The notes below the pieces were generated by a model that worked only from the letters and a program-made list of their open reading frames with translations, was not told the origin of the DNA and made no database searches. From Clostridia bacterium (GTDB lineage: Bacteria; Bacillota; Clostridia; RGIG6154), in NCBI GenBank assembly GCA_045589295.1, contig JAZNOU010000019.1, positions 1 to 38,382 on the forward strand: a stretch of 38,382 nt of DNA. Reading direction: 5' to 3'. Position numbers and translations under genes: made by a program. Below are positions 18,980 to 29,215 of this stretch, in pieces. Numbering within the stretch: position 1 is the stretch's first letter; every line of letters starts with the position of its first letter.

Positions 18980-19846
18980 ATGAAAAACGTTTTAAAGCAA
19001 ATCGAAGAGTCATATTCTTCTTTTAGTAAAGGTCAAAAAAAAATAGCGGACTACGTAATTAACCAATACGATAAAGCCGCCTATACAACTGCCGCAAAAT
19101 TGGGTAAAGAGGTTGATGTAAGTGAATCAACCGTAGTCCGTTTTGCGGTTGCTCTTGGTTATGAGGGTTTTCCAGAACTACAATCGGCACTTCGAGAAAT
19201 AATAAAGACAAAACTTACGGCGTTACAACGATTTGAAATTCTTTCTGAAAAAATGGATAATGCTGATGTTTTGTCAAAAATAATGTCAGGAGATATCTCC
19301 AAACTTAAAACAACAATGGAAAATTTAAGCAGACAAGATTTTGATAACTCGGTTGAAACAATTTTAAAAGCAAAAACTATATATATTATTGGTGTAAGAA
19401 GTGCGTCTGCGATTGCATCTTTTATGGGGTTTTACTTTAATCTTTTGTTTAATAATGTCAAAATCGTGCAAACAACGAGCATAAGCGAAGTTTTTGAGCA
19501 AATCTTAAGAGCGGGAGATGACGATGTAGTGATTGGCATTACATTTCCAAGATACTCCAGACGAACTGTTAAGGCTTTAGAATATGCTAAAAATAGTGGG
19601 GCGTCGGTTGTTGCAATTACCGATACCTGCAAATCTCCAATTGTGCAGTTTTCTGATTTTAAGTTGTATGCAAAAAACGACGCTGCGTCTTTTGTGGATT
19701 CACTTGTTGCGCCAATGAGCATTGTTAATGCACTTATCGTCGCACTTGGTATGCGTAAAAAAGAAGAAACTTCCATGATTTTTAATAAGCTAGAAGGAAT
19801 ATGGGATGAATATGATGTCTATAGTAAGGAACACAGCGATGAGTGA
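18980..19846 (+). CDS. MurR/RpiR-family transcriptional regulator
   Basis: HTH (VSESTVVRFAVALGYEGF) plus SIS domain (IGITFPRYS, AITD). Start could be GTG 18968. Confidence 0.9.
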   Translation: MKNVLKQIEESYSSFSKGQKKIADYVINQYDKAAYTTAAKLGKEVDVSESTVVRFAVALGYEGFPELQSALREIIKTKLTALQRFEILSEKMDNADVLSKIMSGDISKLKTTMENLSRQDFDNSVETILKAKTIYIIGVRSASAIASFMGFYFNLLFNNVKIVQTTSISEVFEQILRAGDDDVVIGITFPRYSRRTVKALEYAKNSGASVVAITDTCKSPIVQFSDFKLYAKNDAASFVDSLVAPMSIVNALIVALGMRKKEETSMIFNKLEGIWDEYDVYSKEHSDE

Positions 19847-21086
19847 GAATATTTATCAAGTTGCAGTTATCGGAGGTGGCGCGTCTGGAATGATGGCTGC
19901 GGTATCTGCCGCTTTAAATGGTGCCAAGGTTGTTCTGTTTGAAAAAAACAGGTTGTTAGGCAGAAAGGTTCGTATCACTGGGAAAGGAAGATGTAATATT
20001 ACAAACGCTTGTGATTCTGACACCTTCTTTGAAAATATACCTAGAAATTCTAAGTTTATGTATAGCGCGTTTTATAATTTTGATAACAATAATCTCCAGG
20101 AGTTTTTTACAAATAACGGTTTGCTTTTAAAAACCGAAAGAGGAGGAAGAGTTTTTCCTCAATCTGATAAAGCTTCGGACGTTGTTAAGGTATTTGAAAA
20201 CTTAATTCAAAAACTTGAAATTGATGTTGTTTTTTCTTGTGTTAAATCAATTAACAAAAAAAGTAATAATATTTTTGACGTTAATTGTAATACAGGCGAA
20301 CAGTTTCAGGCAGATGCCGTTATTGTGGCAACCGGTGGAGTTTCCTATCCACTAACTGGCTCAACAGGTGATGGATATAGGTTTGCAAAGTACTTCAATC
20401 ACAGTGTTACTGAACTTAAACCATCTTTGGTTCCTCTTGTTATCGAGGAAAGTTACTGCTCGGCATTGCAAGGGCTTTCACTAAAAAATGTCTCAATTAA
20501 ATTGGTTTATGATAAAAGTTGTGTTTATACAGATTTTGGCGAAATGATGTTTACACATTTTGGTGTTACAGGTCCGATTATTTTAAGTACTAGTTCACAT
20601 ATGAAAAAACTTGATGGATATAAGATTTTTGTTGATCTTAAACCTGCACTTTCGCACGAAAATCTTGATAAAAGATTATTACGAGATTTTTCGGAGTTCA
20701 TTAATAAAAATTTTTCCAATTCATTAGAAAAGCTATTGCCAAGAAAACTAATTCCTGTTATAATTAAACTATCTGGAATTGACCCTTTCAAAAAGATTAA
20801 TTCTATAACTAAACAGGAAAGAATTAATCTTGTTAATTTGATTAAAGAATTCCCTTTGACAGTTAGAGGGTTGCGACCGATAGAAGAAGCAATCATAACT
20901 TCAGGCGGAATAAATACAAATGAGATTAAACCATCAAATATGGAATCTAAACTTTGCGATAATTTGTTTTTTTGTGGTGAAGTACTAGACGTTGATGCAT
21001 ATACAGGTGGATTTAATTTGCAAATTGCGTTTTCAACTGGCTATTTAGCAGGGGAAAAAGCAGCACAAAGCTTGTTTGGGAGGTAA
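19839..21086 (+). CDS. HI0933/BaiN-family flavoprotein
   Basis: GGGASGMMAA, KVRITGKGRCNITN, ATGGVSYPLTGSTGDGY, GEMMFTHFG, TGGFNLQIA. Confidence 0.92.
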   Translation: MSENIYQVAVIGGGASGMMAAVSAALNGAKVVLFEKNRLLGRKVRITGKGRCNITNACDSDTFFENIPRNSKFMYSAFYNFDNNNLQEFFTNNGLLLKTERGGRVFPQSDKASDVVKVFENLIQKLEIDVVFSCVKSINKKSNNIFDVNCNTGEQFQADAVIVATGGVSYPLTGSTGDGYRFAKYFNHSVTELKPSLVPLVIEESYCSALQGLSLKNVSIKLVYDKSCVYTDFGEMMFTHFGVTGPIILSTSSHMKKLDGYKIFVDLKPALSHENLDKRLLRDFSEFINKNFSNSLEKLLPRKLIPVIIKLSGIDPFKKINSITKQERINLVNLIKEFPLTVRGLRPIEEAIITSGGINTNEIKPSNMESKLCDNLFFCGEVLDVDAYTGGFNLQIAFSTGYLAGEKAAQSLFGR

Positions 21087-21088
21087 TT

Positions 21089-21757
21089 ATGAAAATTGCT
21101 ATTGATGGACCATCTGGAGCAGGTAAAAGTACTATTTCAAAACTTCTTGCAACCAAATTGGGATTTGTATATATTGATACAGGCGCTATGTATAGAACAA
21201 TTGGTCTGTCGGCCATAATCAATAAACTTGATACAAAGAACGATGTTTCACAAATTATTAGCATGCTTGAAGATATTACAATTGATATTGTTTTGGAAGA
21301 TTCAATTCAAAAAATGTTTCTTAACGGTGAAGATGTCACGGACTATATAAGAACACCTGAGGTTTCGATAGCGGCATCTGATGTTGCTGTAATACCGGAA
21401 GTCAGAATAAAACTAGTAGAAATACAGCGCCAACTTGCTGAGGGTAAGAACGTTATTATGGACGGAAGAGATATTGCCACTTATGTTCTTCCCAATGCTG
21501 AAATAAAAATTTTTCTTACTGCTTCTGCCGAAGACAGAGCACAAAGAAGATATGCGGAACTGGTTGCAAATGGCGTTAATGTCACTTTTGAACAGGTGCT
21601 AAAAGATGTAAATAAGCGAGATGAAAATGACAGTTCTCGTGCTTTTAGTCCGCTCAAAGTTGATGACAATGCACATATTATTGATACAACAGGTAATACG
21701 TTGGAGCAATCTATTAGTATAATTGAAGAATATATTTTAAAAGAAATGAGTAAATGA
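21089..21757 (+). CDS. cmk: Cytidylate kinase
   Basis: IAIDGPSGAGKST, DTGAMYR, MDGRDI, KIFLTAS. Confidence 0.96.
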   Translation: MKIAIDGPSGAGKSTISKLLATKLGFVYIDTGAMYRTIGLSAIINKLDTKNDVSQIISMLEDITIDIVLEDSIQKMFLNGEDVTDYIRTPEVSIAASDVAVIPEVRIKLVEIQRQLAEGKNVIMDGRDIATYVLPNAEIKIFLTASAEDRAQRRYAELVANGVNVTFEQVLKDVNKRDENDSSRAFSPLKVDDNAHIIDTTGNTLEQSISIIEEYILKEMSK

Positions 21758-22332
21758 AATTGAAAAAAATAATCTTAGGTCTTATAAGAACATTTTTAAA
21801 TATTTTTTTTAAACCAAGTGTTTCTGGTATTCAAAATCTTAATATTGATGGTGGTTATGTCATAACCGCAAATCACAAAAGCAATTGGGATGGAATTTTT
21901 TTATATGCCTTTTTGAAAAAAGATCTGTATTTTATGGCAAAGGCAGAACTGTTTAGAAATAAGCTTTTCGGCTATTTTTTGAAAAAATTTGGAGCTTTTC
22001 CTGTTAAGCGTGAGGAAAATGACCTTGCTGCAATAAAACATGCAATACATATTTTAAACGATGGGAAAATTTTAGGGATTTTCCCTCAAGGTAAACGTAC
22101 AGATGAACTTGATGTCGATGATGCAAAAGCTGGTGCTGTTTTGCTTGCTTCTAGGTGTAAAAAACCACTTATTCCTGTCGCAATATCTGGTGAGTACAAG
22201 TTTAGAAACCATGTAAATATTGTTATTGGTGAACCAATTTATTTTGGCGATAAAAAACTTACACCTGATGAACTTAATCTTAGCACTGTGGGTGTGATGA
22301 AAAAAATCAAGGAGCTATCTGAGACAAAATGA
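21754..22332 (+). CDS. plsC: 1-acyl-sn-glycerol-3-phosphate acyltransferase
   Basis: NHKSNWD (HX4D), MAKAELF, IFPQGKR. Confidence 0.92.
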   Translation: MKLKKIILGLIRTFLNIFFKPSVSGIQNLNIDGGYVITANHKSNWDGIFLYAFLKKDLYFMAKAELFRNKLFGYFLKKFGAFPVKREENDLAAIKHAIHILNDGKILGIFPQGKRTDELDVDDAKAGAVLLASRCKKPLIPVAISGEYKFRNHVNIVIGEPIYFGDKKLTPDELNLSTVGVMKKIKELSETK

Positions 22333-24290
22333 AAGTTATTTTAGCTAAAACTGCAGGTTTTTGCTATGGCGTTAACAGAGCTGTCAATATGCTTAGTGAA
22401 GCGGTAAAAACTTCCGCAAATTTAAAAACATATGGACCTATTATTCACAACAGTGAGGTAGTTAAATCCTTTGAGAATCAAGGAGTCTCTGTTGTTGAAA
22501 ATATAGATGACATTTCCAGTTTAGATTGTATTTTGATCCGTTCACATGGTATTTCAAAAATTGAAATGATGCAAATTGATGATAAAGCATCGCAAATTAT
22601 AGATGCTACTTGTCCATTTGTAAAAAAAATTCATAATGTGGTTGAAAAATATCACAACTTAGGGTATAATATATTTGTTGTAGGTGATATAAATCATCCT
22701 GAAGTTCAGGGAATTCTTGGTTGGTGTAATAATGACGCAGTAATAATCAGTGATGTTAGTGATTTAAATAGCAAAATTATTTGCGATAAAATGTGCGTTG
22801 TTTCGCAAACAACCTTTGAGCGAAAAAAATGGGAAGAAATATCACAATTGCTTCTTGAGCTGAATCAAGAAGCTGTTATTATTGATACAGTTTGCAATGC
22901 TACAATGGAAAGGCAAAACGAAGTCATTTCATTAGCTAAAACTTGCGATGCTATTGTGGTTATTGGCGACAAAAAAAGCTCTAATAGCAAGCGTCTTGCT
23001 GATGTCGCAAGAAAAAATTGCAAAAATGTTTTCTTTATAGATAACAAAAGTGAACTTGTAGCAGATATATACAAGTTCAATGTGGTTGGTGTTACCGCGG
23101 GTGCTTCAACACCTGCGTGCATAATAAAGGAGGTAGTAAACATGTTAGAAGAAAGAGAAATGAATTTTGAGGAGGCAATCGAAAGCACTTTAAAACCTTT
23201 AAATACAGGGGATATTGTTAAGGGCACAGTTATTAAAATAACACCCACAGAAGTGTATGTAGGTCTTGATACTAAGGCTGACGGAATAATTCCGGCTGAT
23301 CAGGTAACAATCAAGCCTAACGTAAACATTGAAGATGTTTTGTCTGTTGGTCAAGAGGTTGAAGCTTTTGTTGTTCGTGTTAACGATATAGAAGGTTACG
23401 TTACACTTTCTATGAGAAAACTTGAATCAATGGCAGCTCAGAAAGAAATAAATGATGCTTTTGAAAACAAAACACCTATTACGGGCGTTGTTACAGAAGT
23501 GGTTAAAAGTGGTATAATTGTTGTAGCTTTAGGTACAAAAGTTTTTGTTCCAGCTTCACTTGCTACAGAAAGATATACAGAAGATTTATCTTCAATGATG
23601 GGACAAGAAGTTACATTAAGACTCATTGACTTTGATAGAAGAAGACGTAAAGTTGTTGGCTCAATTAAAGAACTTTTGCTTGAAGAAAAGAAGAAAAAAG
23701 CTGAAGCTTTTTGGAGCACAATTGAAGTTGGTCAGGTTATCAAAGGTGTTGTTAAATCAATCACAAACTTTGGAGCATTTGTTGATGTAGGTGGTGTTGA
23801 TGGGTTAGTACATATTACTGAACTTACCTGGAAGCATATCAAACATCCTTCAGAAGTTGTAAAAGTTGGTGATGTTTTGGAAGTTAAAGTTTTAAATCTT
23901 GATAAAGAAACCAGAAAGATTTCTTTAGGTCACAAAAAAGCTGAAGATAATCCTTGGAATAAAGTTGTTGAAACTATCAACGAAGGTGATGTTGTTGATT
24001 GTAAAATTGTTAGATTGTTACCATTTGGCGCTTTTGCTGAAATTATACCTGGCGTTGATGGCTTGATTCATATTTCACAGATTTCTAACAAGAGAATTGC
24101 AAAGCCAGCTGATGTTTTAGAACTTGGACAAGAAGTTCAGGCAAAAGTTGTTGACATTAACAACGAAACACAGAAAATTGGTTTGAGCATGCGTGCTCTT
24201 ATCGAAGAGGAAGTTCCTACTGAAATTGAAGAAACTCCCGTACAGGAAGAAGCAACAGAAACAGTTAACGATGTTGCAACTGAAGAATAA
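22329..24290 (+). CDS. ispH: Fused IspH (LytB) / ribosomal protein S1
   Basis: GFCYGV, DATCPFV, TVCNAT, SSNS, TAGASTP (IspH), followed by four S1 repeats (FGAFVDVGGVDGLVHI). Confidence 0.95.
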   Translation: MKVILAKTAGFCYGVNRAVNMLSEAVKTSANLKTYGPIIHNSEVVKSFENQGVSVVENIDDISSLDCILIRSHGISKIEMMQIDDKASQIIDATCPFVKKIHNVVEKYHNLGYNIFVVGDINHPEVQGILGWCNNDAVIISDVSDLNSKIICDKMCVVSQTTFERKKWEEISQLLLELNQEAVIIDTVCNATMERQNEVISLAKTCDAIVVIGDKKSSNSKRLADVARKNCKNVFFIDNKSELVADIYKFNVVGVTAGASTPACIIKEVVNMLEEREMNFEEAIESTLKPLNTGDIVKGTVIKITPTEVYVGLDTKADGIIPADQVTIKPNVNIEDVLSVGQEVEAFVVRVNDIEGYVTLSMRKLESMAAQKEINDAFENKTPITGVVTEVVKSGIIVVALGTKVFVPASLATERYTEDLSSMMGQEVTLRLIDFDRRRRKVVGSIKELLLEEKKKKAEAFWSTIEVGQVIKGVVKSITNFGAFVDVGGVDGLVHITELTWKHIKHPSEVVKVGDVLEVKVLNLDKETRKISLGHKKAEDNPWNKVVETINEGDVVDCKIVRLLPFGAFAEIIPGVDGLIHISQISNKRIAKPADVLELGQEVQAKVVDINNETQKIGLSMRALIEEEVPTEIEETPVQEEATETVNDVATEE

Positions 24291-24305
24291 TTTTAATATT
24301 AAGTA

Positions 24306-24336
24306 TGGGTGGGTTGTATTACCCGCCCAACTTTTT
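24306..24336 (+). terminator. Intrinsic terminator after ispH-rpsA
   Basis: tgggtgggt-tgtatt-acccgccca followed by ttttt. Confidence 0.8.
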
Positions 24337-24366
24337 AATAAAAAATAATTAAAAACGGTGATTTAA

Positions 24367-25605
24367 ATGAGTATTGTTAAAGATATAAATTTGCATGAAC
24401 ATGGTAGAATGAAAATTGAGTGGGTTAAAAAAAATATGCCACTTTTAAATAAAATTGAGGAAGATTTTACAAAATCTCAATGCCTTAATGGTGTAAAAAT
24501 TGCTATGTGCATACATGTTGAGGCGAAAACTGCATATTTGGCAGAAGTGTTAAAAGCTGCTGGTGCCGATGTAAGATTATCAGGGTGCAATCCACTTTCA
24601 ACACAAGATGATGTTGCAGCAGCACTTGCAAAAAATGGACTTGAGGTTTTTGCAGTACATGGAATTGACGAAGATGAATATAACCATCTGTTGAAAAAGA
24701 CACTTGAGTTTGAACCGGATATCTTTTTGGATGATGGTGGAGATATAACAAATTTATTGCACGATGAGTTCTCACATCTTAATGTTCGTGGGGGAAGCGA
24801 GGAAACAACAACAGGAATCCATCGACTTAAATCAAGGGAAAAATCGGGGAATTTACGTTTTCCGGTTGTTTCTGTTAATGATGCAGATTGCAAACATTTG
24901 TTTGATAATAGATATGGGACGGGACAATCAGTTTGGAATGCTATTAATAAGACAACAAACTTAATTACAGCAGGGAAAAACGTTGTAATTGCAGGTTATG
25001 GCTGGTGTGGAAAAGGTTGTGCAATGCGTGCAAAGGGCCTTGGAGCAAATGTTATTGTTTGCGAAATCGATCCAATAAAAGCAATAGAAGCAGTAATGGA
25101 TGGCTTTAGAGTTATGACAATGGATGAAGCTAGCAAAATTGGAGATATTTTTGTAACGGTTACTGGATGCGAACGTGTTATTCACAAGGATCATTATGTC
25201 AATATGAAAGATGGAGTTATTCTTTCTAACGCCGGTCACTTTGACGTTGAGGTTAATATTCCTGAACTTAAAAAAATGGCGGTAGAAGTTAAATGTGTAA
25301 GGGATAATGTGATGGGATATAAGATGTCTGATGGAAGATGGATTAATGTCATTGCAGAAGGTCGCCTTGTTAATTTGGCTTCCGGTGACGGACATCCTGC
25401 TGAAATTATGGATATGAGCTTTGCTATACAGGCACTTACTATGAAATATATTGCTGAACATTATAATGAAATGACTAATTCAGTTTATGATGTTCCTAAA
25501 GAAATTGATAACTATGTTGCAAATCTTAAACTTGAAACTATGGGTATTAAGATTGATGAATTGACAGAAGCACAATCTGCATATCTTAATTCAGCTGAGC
25601 ATTAA
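24367..25605 (+). CDS. ahcY: Adenosylhomocysteinase
   Basis: GCNPLSTQD, LDDGGD, EETTTG, KHLFDNRYGTG, GYGWCGKG, GRLVNL...GHP. Confidence 0.96.
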   Translation: MSIVKDINLHEHGRMKIEWVKKNMPLLNKIEEDFTKSQCLNGVKIAMCIHVEAKTAYLAEVLKAAGADVRLSGCNPLSTQDDVAAALAKNGLEVFAVHGIDEDEYNHLLKKTLEFEPDIFLDDGGDITNLLHDEFSHLNVRGGSEETTTGIHRLKSREKSGNLRFPVVSVNDADCKHLFDNRYGTGQSVWNAINKTTNLITAGKNVVIAGYGWCGKGCAMRAKGLGANVIVCEIDPIKAIEAVMDGFRVMTMDEASKIGDIFVTVTGCERVIHKDHYVNMKDGVILSNAGHFDVEVNIPELKKMAVEVKCVRDNVMGYKMSDGRWINVIAEGRLVNLASGDGHPAEIMDMSFAIQALTMKYIAEHYNEMTNSVYDVPKEIDNYVANLKLETMGIKIDELTEAQSAYLNSAEH

Positions 25606-25627
25606 ATTTGAACGGAGAATATTTTAA

Positions 25628-27940
25628 ATGATTTACGATTTACCAATACTACCTTTGCGTGGGATTGTTGTATTTCCAAATATACAAATACATTTTGATG
25701 TTGAAAGACAGATATCAATTGCAGCTATTAAAGCCGCATTTAAAAAAGAACAATTGGTATTTTTGGTGTCACAAAAAGATTCTGTAATTGATAAACCTAC
25801 ACAAAACGATATATATAAATATGGTACACTAGCAAAAATTTCACATTTTATCAAAACGTCTGAAGACACATATCGTGTTGTTGTTTCTAGTATGTGTAGG
25901 GCGCATATTACCGAATTTAAGGATTGTGAAAGCTTTTTACTGTGCGATGCAGAAAAAGACGAAGTTACAAATAATCTTGATTTGGATTTGCCTGAAGATT
26001 TGCAGTTATACAGAGAACTTAGAGATAAAACTTATTCCTATTTTACAACATCAAATCACAATGTACCCAGTGTTATTGTCAATTCTTTTGATTTAAAAAA
26101 ACCTTTGGATGTCTTATGTGATAATATATGTGCTAATTTTATTATTGAACCATTTGAGCTGCAAGAGATTTTAAAACTCAATAATGTGAGAGAAATTTTT
26201 AACACGCTTATCAAGTTTTTGGACAGAGAGATTAAAATTGCTGAAATTGAAACCGAAATTCAAGGAAAAGTTAAACAGAAAATTGATAAACACCAACGTG
26301 AATACTATTTAAACGAACAACTTAAAACCATAAAAAGCGAGTTGGGCGACACTGATGATTTCAATAGCATTTGCGATGAGTATTATGATAAGATTTTAGA
26401 GTTGAAGTTACCGCCAGTCTACGAAAAAAAACTTCTTAAAGAACTTTCAAGACTTGATAATATGAGCCCTCACTCATCGGAGAGTGGTGTAATAACGTCG
26501 TATTTAGATCTTGTTCTTGATTTACCGTGGAATACTTTTTTAAATGAAAATGTAGATGTAGAAAATGTTGTAAATGTTTTAAATGAAAATCATTTTGGAC
26601 TCGATGATGTAAAAGAACGTATTGTTGAGTATATTGCGGTTAAACAACTAGGTGGTGCGGGAAACGGAAATATTATTTGTCTTGCCGGACCACCCGGGGT
26701 TGGAAAAACAACCATAGCCGAATCACTTTCAAAAGCGCTTGGACGAAAATATGTACGCATTTCGCTTGGCGGACTTAAAGACGAAAGTGAGATAAGAGGA
26801 CATAGAAAAACCTACGTTGGTGCTATGCCCGGAAGAATAATTAACGCTTTTAAGCAAGCTGAATGTTTAAATCCATTGATTTTGCTAGATGAAATTGACA
26901 AAATTGCATCTGAGCACAAGGGCGATCCTGCTTCTGCGTTGCTAGAGGTGTTAGATAATGGACAAAACAAAGAATTTAAGGATAATTATCTTGAAATTCC
27001 GTTTGATATTTCAAATGCAATTTATATTGCAACTGCGAATGATATTTCAAGAATTCCTGAGCCTCTTATAGACAGAATGGATATTATATCTATACCTGGA
27101 TACACTTTTGAAGAAAAAATGCAAATTGCTAAAAAACATTTAGTGCCAATAGAAACAGCCAGACATTCTGTTAAAAAGAATGTCAAATTCACCGATGATG
27201 CAATTAATGAAATAATTGATTCCTACACAAAAGAAGCAGGTGTAAGAAATCTTGATAGGCATATTCAGAAAATATGCAGAAAATGTGCTGTCAAGATCAT
27301 AAAAGACGAACAAAAAAGCATGAAAATAACTAAGAAAAATGTCAGTGACTATCTTGGTACAAAATTATCTTCAAATGTTTTTAAAGATAAAATTACTAAT
27401 TGTGGTGTTGTCACAGGTCTAGCTTGGACACAATACGGCGGTGATGTTTTGACGATTGAGGTAACACTTACAAAAGGTAAGGGAAATTTAAAACTTACGG
27501 GCAATTTGGGAGATGTAATGAAAGAATCTGCAGAAATCGCGTATTCTTATGTAAAATCTCAACATAAAAAATATGGAATAGAGTTCAGCATGTTTGAAAA
27601 CAACGATGTACATATTCATGTTCCTGAAGGTGCTGTGCCTAAAGACGGACCGTCAGCTGGGGTTACGATAGTTACCGCTCTTGTTTCAGCATATACTGGT
27701 AAGATTTTTAAATGTGACTGCGCTATGACAGGGGAAGTTACACTGACAGGTAGAGTTTTACCAATTGGTGGTTTGCGTGAAAAAAGTATTGCAGCTTTGC
27801 AAAATAACATCAAAACTGTTTTCATTCCAAAGGAAAACAAAAAAGACTTAAATGATATTTCAAAAACAGCCAAAGATAATATACAATTTATTGCTGTTAA
27901 TGACGTATGTGAAATTGTAAATAATTCCTTGAATATGTAA
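25628..27940 (+). CDS. lon: ATP-dependent Lon protease
   Basis: LPLRGIVVFP, GPPGVGKT, LLDEIDK, catalytic PKDGPSAG and GGLREK. Confidence 0.96.
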   Translation: MIYDLPILPLRGIVVFPNIQIHFDVERQISIAAIKAAFKKEQLVFLVSQKDSVIDKPTQNDIYKYGTLAKISHFIKTSEDTYRVVVSSMCRAHITEFKDCESFLLCDAEKDEVTNNLDLDLPEDLQLYRELRDKTYSYFTTSNHNVPSVIVNSFDLKKPLDVLCDNICANFIIEPFELQEILKLNNVREIFNTLIKFLDREIKIAEIETEIQGKVKQKIDKHQREYYLNEQLKTIKSELGDTDDFNSICDEYYDKILELKLPPVYEKKLLKELSRLDNMSPHSSESGVITSYLDLVLDLPWNTFLNENVDVENVVNVLNENHFGLDDVKERIVEYIAVKQLGGAGNGNIICLAGPPGVGKTTIAESLSKALGRKYVRISLGGLKDESEIRGHRKTYVGAMPGRIINAFKQAECLNPLILLDEIDKIASEHKGDPASALLEVLDNGQNKEFKDNYLEIPFDISNAIYIATANDISRIPEPLIDRMDIISIPGYTFEEKMQIAKKHLVPIETARHSVKKNVKFTDDAINEIIDSYTKEAGVRNLDRHIQKICRKCAVKIIKDEQKSMKITKKNVSDYLGTKLSSNVFKDKITNCGVVTGLAWTQYGGDVLTIEVTLTKGKGNLKLTGNLGDVMKESAEIAYSYVKSQHKKYGIEFSMFENNDVHIHVPEGAVPKDGPSAGVTIVTALVSAYTGKIFKCDCAMTGEVTLTGRVLPIGGLREKSIAALQNNIKTVFIPKENKKDLNDISKTAKDNIQFIAVNDVCEIVNNSLNM

Positions 27941-27952
27941 TGGAGGTACATT

Positions 27953-28531
27953 ATGAATTTTCATAATGCAGAATTTTTGATTTCTGCTGTAAAAGAGACT
28001 CAGTATCCTAAAGGGGATTTCCCGGAAATTGCAATGGTTGGACGTTCCAATGTAGGTAAGTCTTCTCTTATTAACAAAACTTTAAATCGTAAAAATTTTG
28101 CAAGAACCAGTTCTAAACCAGGTAAAACAGTTACAATTAATTTTTATAATATTGACAAAAAACTTAACATCGTAGATTTACCCGGATATGGTTATGCGAA
28201 AGTTTCTAAAAATGAAAAACTTGCATGGGCAGATATGATTAATCATTATCTTGAAAACCGTGAACAACTAAAAATCATATTTTTACTTGTAGACGCAAGA
28301 CATTTACCCACAGAAGACGATTTGATGATGCTTAACTGGATAGAACATTATGGTATAGAATACTACGTTATTGCAACAAAGTGTGACAAACTTAAACCTT
28401 CTCAAAAACAACAGCAACTTGCAGATGTTCTTGATACTCTTCAAATTGATACTTCGAAATTTATTCCATTTTCTGCGGAGAATGGCGAAAATAAAGATAG
28501 AATTATTGAAATATTTTCTTCGATAAAGTAG
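27953..28531 (+). CDS. engB: Ribosome biogenesis GTPase YihA/YsxC
   Basis: GRSNVGKSS, PGKT, DLPGYG, TKCD. Follows lon as in Bacillus. Confidence 0.96.
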   Translation: MNFHNAEFLISAVKETQYPKGDFPEIAMVGRSNVGKSSLINKTLNRKNFARTSSKPGKTVTINFYNIDKKLNIVDLPGYGYAKVSKNEKLAWADMINHYLENREQLKIIFLLVDARHLPTEDDLMMLNWIEHYGIEYYVIATKCDKLKPSQKQQQLADVLDTLQIDTSKFIPFSAENGENKDRIIEIFSSIK

Positions 28532-28552
28532 AGCTTATAGGAGGGGTATATT

Positions 28553-29215
28553 TTGTCTGGTTCAAATAAAGTTCTTATTTACCTTATTGGATTAATTTTT
28601 GTAATTTTAGGATTGGCAACTGCGTTAGAAATGATCAACATTTCTTTCTCATCAATTGTTGTATTTGTTATAGGTATTACATTTATCATAATGTTTAAAA
28701 AACTAAAAAATAACATATTCAAATATTTAGCTTGCTTTTTTGTGCCAATCGGCATTTCATATTTTATTATTGCTTCTTTTAATGTAAATGATAGTGCTAA
28801 TTTTTTGCTGCTGTATTTTTCTATTGCATGTTCATTTTTATGTTTGTACATAAGCACTATGAAAAAAATATTCCTGTATATTTCGTTAGCAGTTGTTTTT
28901 TTTGCAATGCATGTGTTTACAAACGCTCAGTCTGATTTTAGCCACTGTATCTTAGGATACGATTGTATGTATTTAGCAACGCTTGCGGTTGTGGCTTTTA
29001 TCTTTGAACATAAAAATATAGGCTATGTTCCTCTTGGTGTTTCTGTTGTTGCATACTTAGGTGGGACATTGAATATTTTAAAGGTTTATGGTATCATTTC
29101 ATTAACAATATATAAACTTTTTGTTTCGTTAGTTTTTGTGGGTGTTGGCGTGTCTGTGTTATGTTACGCAGCAATTATATCTAAGAAAAATACAAAGGAG
29201 AATTCGTATGAGTAA
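28553..29215 (+). CDS. Hypothetical multi-pass membrane protein
   Basis: TTG start after GGAGGGG, about 8 hydrophobic segments, fills the gap and overlaps the hisS start. Confidence 0.8.
   Translation: MSGSNKVLIYLIGLIFVILGLATALEMINISFSSIVVFVIGITFIIMFKKLKNNIFKYLACFFVPIGISYFIIASFNVNDSANFLLLYFSIACSFLCLYISTMKKIFLYISLAVVFFAMHVFTNAQSDFSHCILGYDCMYLATLAVVAFIFEHKNIGYVPLGVSVVAYLGGTLNILKVYGIISLTIYKLFVSLVFVGVGVSVLCYAAIISKKNTKENSYE

Noticed and set aside
24291-24366. SAM/SAH riboswitch before ahcY, or T-box before hisS
   Set aside because: The intergenic spaces are too short and hold only a terminator or a gene overlap. No aptamer or T-box motif is seen.
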